Positions 1 to 8,186 of a stretch of DNA of 32,000 nt are shown piece after piece. The position numbers and the translations under genes are program-made. This stretch comes from Myxococcota bacterium (GTDB lineage Bacteria; Myxococcota_A; UBA796; GCA-2862545). The DNA is taken from assembly GCA_965216925.1 (NCBI GenBank), contig CBDCGT010000001.1, forward strand, positions 86,047-118,046, written 5' to 3'. The stretch's first letter is position 1. The number at the start of each line of letters is the position of its first letter. The notes under the pieces are model-generated. The model was not told the DNA's origin. It was given only the letters and a program-made list of their open reading frames with translations, and made no database searches.

Positions 1-172
1 GCAGGTTCAGGCCGCTGAGGCGGGCAAGCTGCTCGATAAGGGCGTCAGCGCCCAGCAGGTAGCTAGCACGGGGGCCAGCCATCTCGTCTGTGAGCGGCGT
101 CGGCATCTGCAGCACGCGCACGTACTCGTCCGTGGGCACCACGATCTTCAGGAAGTCCTCGTTCAGGCCCAT
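1..172 (-). CDS. 5' end of an unidentified protein-coding gene that runs off the left edge (MGLNEDFLKIVVPTDEYVRVLQMPTPLTDEMAGPRASYLLGADALIEQLARLSGLN...)
   Basis: Own translation of the minus strand: ATG at 172-170, open to position 1, mostly G/C third positions. It is absent from the ORF track because it has no stop in the window. No family recognised and no clear SD. The same frame stays open upstream to 352, but that stretch does not look coding. Confidence 0.4.
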   Translation of the reverse strand, partial: MGLNEDFLKIVVPTDEYVRVLQMPTPLTDEMAGPRASYLLGADALIEQLARLSGLNL

Positions 173-630
173 GGAGCTGGTCCAGAGGCAGATTCGAGCC
201 CTTCGTGGTTGCGCGTTGAATGTTGGGTGCAGACGCACTTGTGCGCCGCCGCCGAGGCGGATATCTTGATCATGGTGTTTGCCTGGCCGCGGGGATGCGT
301 TGAGGGTGTCCCTGCGGCCGACCCACCAAGAGGCTCGACCGCAGCCGCAGCATCAATATCGTATACGGTTGCTTCAGTCATCGCCAGGGCAGAGGGCGAG
401 CGGGCGGCCTGATTGGCTATTTAATGGGGATTCGCGAGCCGACGATGCCGCGTCGTCTCGTGGTTGCGTTTGCGCCATTTGGTAACCGTCAACCCAAATT
501 AACAAATAACTTGATGGTGACCAATTGCGCGTCATTCGTTCAACGTCCAGCGCTAGATCCCCAGGGAATGGCAACGATGGAGCATCGCCCTCCATCCTGC
601 CGGCCGATGACATCCCGTGACAACCACATC

Positions 631-648
631 ATCTATCAGATGATAGAT
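631..648. promoter_or_regulatory. Perfect 8-bp inverted repeat ATCTATCA-GA-TGATAGAT, a candidate operator overlapping -10-like hexamers (TAGATA/GATAAT/TAATAT, 644-653) just upstream of the HTH gene ATG at 656
   Basis: Read directly from the sequence. It lies in the only AT-rich stretch (about 480-655) of a 480-nt intergenic region. No SD fits between the -10-like hexamers and the ATG, so the transcript may be leaderless. Confidence 0.4.
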
Positions 649-655
649 AATATGC

Positions 656-946
656 ATGGCCATCACACCAGACCGCATCAAAGAACTTCGAGACGCCGCC
701 GGCCTTCGTCAGGAAGACCTTGCCTTTCTGCTGGGGGTCGGCATCGCCAGCATCCCCCGGTGGGAAAGGTCAGGGGGCACGCTCCCCGGCGGCATGACCC
801 GGCAGCTGCTCGAGGTCATCGGTGAGCTGCACGACGCCGGCTTCGACCTCTCGGTCGTGGGACCGGCGCTTCGGCACTCCGGCAACATGGGGGCGCTGCG
901 CCTGCTGTTGAACGCGTACCACGACCTGAAGAAGGGGGCGTCATGA
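656..946 (+). CDS. XRE/Cro-type helix-turn-helix transcriptional regulator (96 aa)
   Basis: N-terminal ITPDRIKELRDAAGLRQEDLAFLLGVGIASIPRWERS fits the XRE HTH pattern (helix, turn, recognition helix, W-E-R). The stop overlaps the next start (ATGA at 943-946). Confidence 0.8.
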   Translation: MAITPDRIKELRDAAGLRQEDLAFLLGVGIASIPRWERSGGTLPGGMTRQLLEVIGELHDAGFDLSVVGPALRHSGNMGALRLLLNAYHDLKKGAS

Positions 947-3900
947 AGCTGACGGGCCGCCATGGCGAGTACAAGGTCATCCGCCAGCTCAACGAGGGCT
1001 CCTTCGCCCGGGTGATGCTGGCCAGGGACGCGAACAAGCGACCAGTCGCCCTGAAGGTGCTGATGGACGTCAACGACAACGACGCCGTCGAGCGCTTCGC
1101 GCGCGAACAGCGCATCCTCTCGGGCTTCCATCATCCGAACGTCGTGCCGTTGGTCGACGACGGCGTCGACGAGAAGGGGCACCCCTGGTACGCCATGCCG
1201 GCCTACGAGACCGACCTCGTGTCGGTGATCGGCGACGAGCCGGGTGCCGGGCGGGTGGCCGAGCTCGTCGGGGACATCGCCCGAGCGCTGGCTGCCTACC
1301 ACGACCGTGGTGGTATTCACCGTGATCTGAAGCCCGACAACGTGCTCATGGACGGCGACACGCCCCGTCTGGCCGACTTCGGTGTTGCGCGATGCCCTTC
1401 CCTCGACGGCGAGAGCCTGACGCGAACGGCACTCGGCACGGTCGAGTACATGGCGCCAGAGGTGTGGCGAGGTGAGGCCTCGCCAAAGTCCGATATTTTC
1501 GCGCTCGGCATCGTCCTGTGGGAGCTGGCGAACGGGACGCGTCGGAAATTCTCCGACCCCGGGCCGCCGCCGGAGTCGCTCGACGCAGGGCCGCAGTTCG
1601 CGGTCATGAACCCGCTTTACCAGCAGATGACGGCGAAGGATGCGTCCTCGCGCCCCACAGCGGCAGAGGTCGTGACAGCATGCGACGAGATCATCCGTCG
1701 CTCGGTGAAGGCGGGGATGTCGTTCACCGAGGCCCAGATCGAGGCGATCCAGCACTCTGGTTCGCACCTGCAGCTCATCGCGTGCGCGGGGTCGGGCAAG
1801 ACCGAGGTCGTTGCTCGGCGGGTGGCGACCCTCCTGGACCCGGCTCGGGAGCCGAGGTTGAGCCCAGCGAACATCGTGGCCTTCACGTTCACCGAGAAGG
1901 CGGCCGGCGAGCTCAAGCAGCGCATCGTGGAGCGCACGCGAGACGCCCACGGCGAGGTGGTCGGCATGGCCGAGATGTTCGTCGGCACCATCCATGCGTT
2001 CTGCCTCGAGCTGCTGACCACGGAGGTCCCCGAGTACATGAAGTACGAGGTGTTCAACGCGGTGCAGCAGAGTCTCTTCATCGACCGGAACAGCAGGAAG
2101 AGTGGCCTCACTGCCACCGTCGATCTCAATGGGAAGCCGCTGCGCCGGTACCTGGACACGCCGCACTACAGCAGCGCGTTGCAGATCCTCCGGGAGGATG
2201 ATGTCGACGATGCGCTGGTGAGCTCGAGTTTGAAGAGCGGCCTTGCCGCCTACCAGGCGCTCCTCGCGCAGCATCACTACCTCGACTACTCGGCCATCAT
2301 GGACCGAGCCGTGATCGAGCTCGAGACCAACGACGACTTCCGCAAGCGGATCGGCGAGCGCATCAAGCACGTCATCGTCGACGAGTACCAGGACGTGAAC
2401 CCCATTCAAGAGCGCCTGGTTCGCGCCATGGCCGATGCGGGTGCGCACGTGTGCGTGGTTGGCGACGACGACCAGACCATCTACCAGTGGCGCGGAAGCG
2501 ATGTCTCGAACATCCTCACCTTCAAGGACCGCTACGCGAACGTGCACCAGGTGCGGCTACAGGAGAACTTCCGTAGTAGTGAAGGGGTCATCGATCTCGC
2601 TCGGGAGTTCATCAAGCAGAACCAGCACCGCCTGGACAAGGCGATGGTGCCGACGAACGCCCAGCCCTACGAAAAGGGCGACATCGTGGCCCTGGGCCAC
2701 GACACGCCCGAGGAAGAAGCTCGGTACATCGCCGAGACCATCAAGGAACTCGTAGGAGTCGCGTTCACCGATGCGGACGGCACGCGGCGAGGGCTGTCGT
2801 GGTCCGACATGGCCATCCTCTTCCGCTCCGTCGCCAAGAACGCGGCGCCGGTCATCGCGGCGCTCGACGAGGCCGGGATTCCCTATGTCGTCGAAGGGAT
2901 GAACAATCTCTTCCACACGCACGAAGCCGAAGCCGCGCGTCAGCTCTTCTACTTCATGGACGGGAGAATGGGTGCCAACGAACTGGCCGCGTACTGGCGC
3001 ATTCCCCGGTTCGGCTTCGACAGCGATGCGGTGCACACAGCTGTCGCGAACGCTTCGAAGGCGCGCAGTCGGCTGCTGAACAACGCGGGACAGGAGCATT
3101 GGTCGCTCTACAATCTTCAGCGGCAATTCATGTCCTTCCTCGAAGACCTCGGGCTCAAAGAGGAGAACATTTCCGACGGTGAGGTCGTGCTCTACAACCT
3201 CGGCAAGTTCAGCCAGCTGATCTCGGACTTCGAGGCCATTCACTTCCACTCCGACCCGCAGCGCAAGTACGAGGAGTTCGCCAAGTTCCTCGAGTACGGC
3301 GCCGAGGGCGCGTACCCCGAGGGCTGGCAGGACAGCCAGTATGCCAACGTCGACGCCGTGCGGATCATGACCGTCCACAAGGGCAAGGGCATGCAGTGGC
3401 CAGTCGTGTTCGTGCCCGCGCTGCTGAGGAACCGGTTCCCCTCGAAGCGGCAGGGCGGTCGCAGTGTGTGGCACCTCCTGGACGAGAACGCTGTCGACGA
3501 CCACATGCGGTACCGCGGGAGCGTCGAGGACGAGCGCCGGCTGTTCTACGTTGCGGTGACCCGGAGCCAGAAGTTCCTCTTCCTGACCCATGCGCCCATC
3601 GCGAACAACCGCCTGTACAAGCGCCCGTCCGACTTCTTCGAAGACGTTCTGGTCTCGAAGTACGTCAAGCGCCGCCGGCAGACCTACGATGACCGCGACC
3701 GCCTCGAGCCGCAGGCAAAGAAGTCGGTGGCCAACGTCACCCTATCGTTCAGCGACGTGAAGTACTTCTTCGAGTGTCCGTATCAGTTCAAGCTGCGCAT
3801 TCTGTACGGGTTCAACGCCCCGATTCACGAGGCGCTCGGATACGGCAAGTCACTGCACGATGCCCTGGCCGAGGTGCATGCCCGCGCGATTCGCGGTGAC

Positions 3901-4467
3901 CTTGCCGGTGAAGCCGAGGTCGAGGAGCTGGTGAGGCGACACCTTCACGTCCCGTATGCCTACCCAGCCCTGCGCGAGACTCTCGAGGCCAGTGCTCGCA
4001 AGGTCGTGTCGAACTACCTCGCCGACAACGCCGAGCTCCTCCAGAACATCGAGTTCAGCGAGAAGACCATCTCGATCGACCTCGGCGACGGCATCACCGT
4101 CTCGGGACGCATCGACCTGGTTCGGCGTCTCGATACCGACGAGACCACCATCGTCGACCTGAAGAGCAAGGACCGCGTGCAAGTCGACGAGGTGACCGAG
4201 ACCCAGCTCCACATCTATGCCCTGGGCTACCGCGAGCTCACCGGCCACGACGCCGACTTCGTCGAGATCTACAACCTCGAGGAGCGCCAGAAGAAGCCGC
4301 GCTCGGTCGACGAGGACTTCATCGAAGACGTGCGGAGCGACGTGCGCGACGCGGCGAACTCGCTGCGTCAGAACGACTTCCCGGTGAAGACGAGCCACAA
4401 GGCGTGCTCGACCTGCGACTACCTGGGCATGTGCAGCGCGGGGCAGAGAAAGGTGGAGGGCCCGTGA
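943..4467 (+). CDS. Fusion protein (1174 aa): Hanks-type Ser/Thr protein kinase + UvrD/PcrA-family SF1 helicase + C-terminal Cas4/AddB-like PD-(D/E)xK nuclease with a four-Cys (Fe-S type) arrangement
   Basis: Kinase motifs: EGSFARV loop, VALK (K38), HRDLKPDN (nt 1318-1341), DFG (nt 1375-1383), MAPE. Helicase motifs: ACAGSGKT, FTFTEKAAGELKQR, GTIHAFC, VIVDEYQDVNP, VVGDDDQTIYQWRGS, QENFRSS, TVHKGKGMQWPVVFV, RRLFYVAVTRSQKFL. Nuclease motifs: YFFECPYQFKL, GRIDLV...IVDLKSK, QLHIYALGY, CSTCDYLGMC. Confidence 0.9.
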   Translation: MKLTGRHGEYKVIRQLNEGSFARVMLARDANKRPVALKVLMDVNDNDAVERFAREQRILSGFHHPNVVPLVDDGVDEKGHPWYAMPAYETDLVSVIGDEPGAGRVAELVGDIARALAAYHDRGGIHRDLKPDNVLMDGDTPRLADFGVARCPSLDGESLTRTALGTVEYMAPEVWRGEASPKSDIFALGIVLWELANGTRRKFSDPGPPPESLDAGPQFAVMNPLYQQMTAKDASSRPTAAEVVTACDEIIRRSVKAGMSFTEAQIEAIQHSGSHLQLIACAGSGKTEVVARRVATLLDPAREPRLSPANIVAFTFTEKAAGELKQRIVERTRDAHGEVVGMAEMFVGTIHAFCLELLTTEVPEYMKYEVFNAVQQSLFIDRNSRKSGLTATVDLNGKPLRRYLDTPHYSSALQILREDDVDDALVSSSLKSGLAAYQALLAQHHYLDYSAIMDRAVIELETNDDFRKRIGERIKHVIVDEYQDVNPIQERLVRAMADAGAHVCVVGDDDQTIYQWRGSDVSNILTFKDRYANVHQVRLQENFRSSEGVIDLAREFIKQNQHRLDKAMVPTNAQPYEKGDIVALGHDTPEEEARYIAETIKELVGVAFTDADGTRRGLSWSDMAILFRSVAKNAAPVIAALDEAGIPYVVEGMNNLFHTHEAEAARQLFYFMDGRMGANELAAYWRIPRFGFDSDAVHTAVANASKARSRLLNNAGQEHWSLYNLQRQFMSFLEDLGLKEENISDGEVVLYNLGKFSQLISDFEAIHFHSDPQRKYEEFAKFLEYGAEGAYPEGWQDSQYANVDAVRIMTVHKGKGMQWPVVFVPALLRNRFPSKRQGGRSVWHLLDENAVDDHMRYRGSVEDERRLFYVAVTRSQKFLFLTHAPIANNRLYKRPSDFFEDVLVSKYVKRRRQTYDDRDRLEPQAKKSVANVTLSFSDVKYFFECPYQFKLRILYGFNAPIHEALGYGKSLHDALAEVHARAIRGDLAGEAEVEELVRRHLHVPYAYPALRETLEASARKVVSNYLADNAELLQNIEFSEKTISIDLGDGITVSGRIDLVRRLDTDETTIVDLKSKDRVQVDEVTETQLHIYALGYRELTGHDADFVEIYNLEERQKKPRSVDEDFIEDVRSDVRDAANSLRQNDFPVKTSHKACSTCDYLGMCSAGQRKVEGP

Positions 4468-5453
4468 AGTCAGAGGAGTTCGAGGCACTGGTGCTCGAGG
4501 GCGAGAAGGAGACAGTGGACTTCAAGGCCTTCTACGACTGGGCCCACGGCGGAAAGAGCGAGGTCGCGGAGTTCTCGAAGGATGTCATGGCGATCGCGAA
4601 CCTGCTGCCGCCGGGTACGACGCCGGGCCACATCCTCCTGGGCGTCGAGGAGTTCAAGGACTCGGGTGCAAGTGGGGGCCGGATTACCGGCCTCTCTCCG
4701 CAACTGCGCACGTCGGACTCCGCATCGATGACGCAGCGACTACAGCGGCATCTCAACAGCGTCCCGAGGATCGAGTACGAAGAGCTGCAGGTCCCGCGCC
4801 ACGATGACGAGTCCGTTCTCGTCTGGGTGGGAGTGCTGACGATTCGTCCGGGTGGCCGCCCCTACTACGCCAAGCGCGAGTACCCGAACAAGCTGATCGG
4901 CGGTGTGGCCTACCGCCGGGCTGGCACGTCGACGCAGATCGCCACGCCGCGCGATATCGAGCTGTGGCTGGTAGAGGACCAGCGGCTCGACCCAGCAAAA
5001 CTCGACCTCGAGAAGCGGAAGCTCGAAGCGGAGATCGCCGGGCTGCGAGGCGCCATCACCCCGGTCCCATTCGCCAAGTTCCAGGACGCCGGTGGGCGGG
5101 GGCAAGCGGCGAAGGTGAGCTGCTCCATTCGGTTCGAGAATCACGGGATGTGCCCATACCGGGCGCAGGTGCTCGACTTGGCGGTCGGCCGGCAGAGTGT
5201 CGACGGCGTGACCTGGACACAGGTACTGCACGCATCTCTGGATTTCGGCCTGCATCCGAACACCGCTCGCATGGAGACGTTCGAAGTCGACGCGAAGGAG
5301 TTTTCGCAGGCGTCTTCGGCCCAGGGCGCCAACGCGGCGGTCAAGGACTACGCGGCCCTCGCCGAGACGCTTTGGATCCAGATCACGCTCACCTGCGTTT
5401 CCCACGCTGGCATCCGCATCCAGCGGCAGTTCCTGCGCGCCCCCGTTCGGTGA
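4464..5453 (+). CDS. AlbA_2 / Schlafen-like (divergent AAA-4 'putative DNA-binding') domain protein with an unknown C-terminal half (329 aa)
   Basis: The pattern EGEKETVDFK ... FSKDVMAIANLL ... GHILLGVEE ... ITGL ... VLTIRPGGRPYYAK ... VAYRRAGTSTQIATPRDIELW matches the AlbA_2 layout (E-x-E-F-K, AfaN, GG-liiGV, yiR-gs-t). I place the start at GTG 4464, overlapping the upstream TGA (GTGA), rather than at the track start 4404. Confidence 0.7.
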   Translation: MKSEEFEALVLEGEKETVDFKAFYDWAHGGKSEVAEFSKDVMAIANLLPPGTTPGHILLGVEEFKDSGASGGRITGLSPQLRTSDSASMTQRLQRHLNSVPRIEYEELQVPRHDDESVLVWVGVLTIRPGGRPYYAKREYPNKLIGGVAYRRAGTSTQIATPRDIELWLVEDQRLDPAKLDLEKRKLEAEIAGLRGAITPVPFAKFQDAGGRGQAAKVSCSIRFENHGMCPYRAQVLDLAVGRQSVDGVTWTQVLHASLDFGLHPNTARMETFEVDAKEFSQASSAQGANAAVKDYAALAETLWIQITLTCVSHAGIRIQRQFLRAPVR

Positions 5454-5468
5454 GCGCCAGGCCCACCC

Positions 5469-8186
5469 CTAAAACAACTCCCACAGCCGCAACAGCACCT
5501 CGGCATCCAACGCCGCGTACGCCTCCTGCCTCGGCGTCAGCGGGCGCCGCGTCCAGTCGCTCGTCTGCTGCGCCTTGTCGAGCTCGATGCCGAGCTCGCG
5601 CAGGCAAACCGCCTTCAGGCTGTGACCGCCCTTCGCCCTCTTTCTCATCACCCGTGAGCGCTCGAGGGTGTCGACGACGTTCTCGATCTCGATGCCGTAC
5701 TTCCGCAGCACCGACCGCTCGAAGTTGGCGTTGTGGATGACCTTCACGATGGTGTCGTCGGCCATCAGCTCGCCCAGGGGTGCCAGGTCGGACAGCTCGA
5801 GGGCGTCCATGAGGAACACGCGGTCCTTCGTCGCGACCTGCACGAGGCACAGCGCCCGGCTGGCAAGCGTGGTCTCGACGTCGAGGCCGAGCACCTCGGA
5901 CTCCGACAGCATCGCGCACGCTTCTCGGAGACCCTCCTCATCGCGAACCCAGTGCACAGGCAACGAGCCGCGCACCTTCGGCTCCGACAGGTCGACGTGT
6001 TCGACGCGCTCGGGCACCTCGCTCTCGTCGGCTCGACGCTCCCGCAGCGATGCGGGCACCCGCACGAGCTCGCCGGCCTCGCCGCCTGCGAGCCATGCCC
6101 AGGCGCCCGCGACGTCGAGCAGGTACTCGCCGAGCATCTCGCGCTCGACCCAGGGCGGCATCAGCGGCTGGAACTTGCTCAAACGGTAGTTTGGAAGCGA
6201 CTGGCCGACCTCGTCCCAGAGTGCGTCGTTCTCCCAGAACTCGACCTCGGACAACGCCGCCACGGCCTCTTGGAATCGGCGCTCATCGAGGTCGTCGCTG
6301 CGCACCTTCACGAGGTAGTTGTCGGGGATGACCTTCCAGTCGCTGCCCACGGCCTCGAGGGCGTAGCGCAGGGTCGAGTTGATGCGACCGCCGGCGAAGG
6401 TCCACCAGCGAATCTCGCCGGGCTCGACCTCGATGCCGCCACGCACGGGCTCGAGCATTCCGTCGAAGCCCTCGCGCTGCTGTCGGAGCACCTCGACGGC
6501 CGTCTCGTGCAGGTAGGGGTAGGCCTCGTCCGAGGTCAGCACCTCGAGCACCTTCTGACAGACGTCGAAGCCCAGGAACTGCGGCAGGTAGCCGCCCCAT
6601 GTCGGCTGCCGACCCCGCGGGGCAGGCTGAACGACGATGCGCCGGTCGTCGTGGAAGATGCGGTCGACCGCCCACGCCCGACCGCCCAGCAGGAAACAGC
6701 TCACTCCGTCGACGAGACGGTCGACGAAGCCCTGCTGCAGTGTGCCGATGGGCTGCCCGGCACCCGTCTGCACCGAGTAGCTCTGCGGGCTCGAGAAGAC
6801 GGCGAACAGCTCCATGAAGTTGCGTCGGCCGAAGCGCTTCTCGGCACGAGGGCCGAGCACGAGGCGGCCGCTCATCTGCAGCAGTGCCCGGTCTCGCAAC
6901 ATCCAGGCCACCAGGCGCTCGAACTCGGCCCGGTGGATGCGTCGGAAGTCGGGTACCTGGCTCAGGTGTGCCCAGGCCTCTTCGAGGGGAATCCCGTCGG
7001 CCGCGAGTGCCATCGCGAGCAGCTGGTGAACCAGCACCGGCCAGCACCGGTCGGTGACCTCGACCGACTCGACCCATCCCGCCTTGGCGAGCTCGACGAG
7101 CGCGATGGACTGGGTCACCGCCTCGGTCGTCTCGCAGAAGAAGGTCGTGTTCGCTGCCTGACCAGCTCGGCGGCCCGTGCGGCCCATCCGCTGCAGGAAC
7201 GAGCTCACGGTGTCCGGGGCCTCGGCCTGCAGCACGCGGTCCAGGTCGCCGACGTCGATGCCGAGCTCGAGGGTGCTCGTGGCCACGATGCACGCATCGG
7301 AGCCGTGGTGGAAGCGCTCCTCGGCGAGCGCTCGCTCTTCCTTCGACACCGCGCTGTGATGCACGAACACCGTCGTTCCCGACCGGCGCATGTGCTCGGC
7401 AACTGCCTCGGTCGCCGCACGGGACTGGCAGAAGAACAGGCTCTTCTTGCCACGAGCCATCACGGCAGCGTCGTGGGCGAGCAGGCCGAGCTCCGCGCGG
7501 TGCACGACGAGCAGCTGCTTGCGACCTGGCTTCTTGGGAGGGTCGACGACGCGGCCTGGTCGCTCCGAGGTGCCCTGGAGCCAGGTGAGGATGGCATCGG
7601 GGTTGCCGACGGTCGCGCTGAGGCCCACGCGCTGCACGTCGTGCCGCGACAGCTTGGCCAGGCGCTCGAGCACGCTCATCAGGTGCGCGCCTCGGTCCGA
7701 ACCCGCCAGTGCATGGATCTCGTCGATGACCACGATGCGCAGGTCGGCGAACAGCTTCGCCGCGTCGACACGCTTCGAGACGAGCATCACCTCGAGGGAC
7801 TCGGGTGTGGTCATCAGCAGCTCGCTCGGCTGCTTCAAGAACTTCGTCCGGGCGCTCGACGAGGTGTCGCCGTGCCAGACGAATCGGTCCAGGCCGACCA
7901 TCTCTGTGTAGAGGCCCAGACGGTCAGCCTGGTTGTTGAGCAGGGCCTTGATCGGAGCGATGTAGAGGGCCGCGAGTCCTCGAGGCGGGTCGTCGACCAG
8001 GTTCGACAACGTCGGGAACATCGACGCTTCGGTCTTGCCCCCGGCCGTCGGGGCCAGGACGACGGCATTGCACCCGTCGAGCAGCGCTGCCCCAGCCAGT
8101 TCCTGCACCTCGCGCAGGCTCGACCATCCCAGCCGAGCGACGATGGCCTCCTGGAGGCGTGGGTTGAAGCGGGCGAAGACGCTCAC
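5469..8186 (-). CDS. brxHI: BREX BrxHI: Lhr-like DExH helicase with a C-terminal DEDDy 3'-5' exonuclease (RNase D/WRN-exo-like) domain (905 aa)
   Basis: Helicase motifs: VLAPTAGGKTEA, VVIDEIHALAGSDRGAHL, GLSATVGNP, ATSTLELGIDVGDLD, LQRMGRTGRR, followed by a long Lhr-type C-terminal region. Exonuclease motifs in roughly the last 165 aa (nt about 5469-5965): LGLDVETT (ExoI), HNANFERSVL (ExoII), YAALDAEVL (ExoIII Y-x3-D). The start is set at GTG 8186 (AGGA 6 nt upstream), overlapping the upstream TGA. The track start at 8306 adds a non-coding-looking extension. Confidence 0.85.
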   Translation of the reverse strand: MSVFARFNPRLQEAIVARLGWSSLREVQELAGAALLDGCNAVVLAPTAGGKTEASMFPTLSNLVDDPPRGLAALYIAPIKALLNNQADRLGLYTEMVGLDRFVWHGDTSSSARTKFLKQPSELLMTTPESLEVMLVSKRVDAAKLFADLRIVVIDEIHALAGSDRGAHLMSVLERLAKLSRHDVQRVGLSATVGNPDAILTWLQGTSERPGRVVDPPKKPGRKQLLVVHRAELGLLAHDAAVMARGKKSLFFCQSRAATEAVAEHMRRSGTTVFVHHSAVSKEERALAEERFHHGSDACIVATSTLELGIDVGDLDRVLQAEAPDTVSSFLQRMGRTGRRAGQAANTTFFCETTEAVTQSIALVELAKAGWVESVEVTDRCWPVLVHQLLAMALAADGIPLEEAWAHLSQVPDFRRIHRAEFERLVAWMLRDRALLQMSGRLVLGPRAEKRFGRRNFMELFAVFSSPQSYSVQTGAGQPIGTLQQGFVDRLVDGVSCFLLGGRAWAVDRIFHDDRRIVVQPAPRGRQPTWGGYLPQFLGFDVCQKVLEVLTSDEAYPYLHETAVEVLRQQREGFDGMLEPVRGGIEVEPGEIRWWTFAGGRINSTLRYALEAVGSDWKVIPDNYLVKVRSDDLDERRFQEAVAALSEVEFWENDALWDEVGQSLPNYRLSKFQPLMPPWVEREMLGEYLLDVAGAWAWLAGGEAGELVRVPASLRERRADESEVPERVEHVDLSEPKVRGSLPVHWVRDEEGLREACAMLSESEVLGLDVETTLASRALCLVQVATKDRVFLMDALELSDLAPLGELMADDTIVKVIHNANFERSVLRKYGIEIENVVDTLERSRVMRKRAKGGHSLKAVCLRELGIELDKAQQTSDWTRRPLTPRQEAYAALDAEVLLRLWELF

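Noticed and set aside
163-381. 72-aa minus-strand ORF in the left intergenic region
   Set aside because: Many codons have A/T third positions, unlike confirmed genes here. It overlaps the ATG-172 gene start in another frame, and it has no motif and no SD.
709-2547. 612-aa minus-strand ORF covering the HTH gene and the kinase and early helicase region
   Set aside because: It is antisense to a gene with unambiguous kinase and UvrD motifs. Its composition is rich in Arg, Val, Gly, Asp and His, with no motifs. This is a typical high-GC shadow ORF.
943-4467. Calling the kinase-containing protein PglW, which would make the locus type 2 BREX/Pgl
   Set aside because: The BREX operon carries brxA, brxB and a brxE-position gene, which are not type 2 components. 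The kinase gene is on the opposite strand in its own HTH-led cassette. Its UvrD and Cas4-like nuclease body is not what I know of PglW. A functional analogy remains a hypothesis only.
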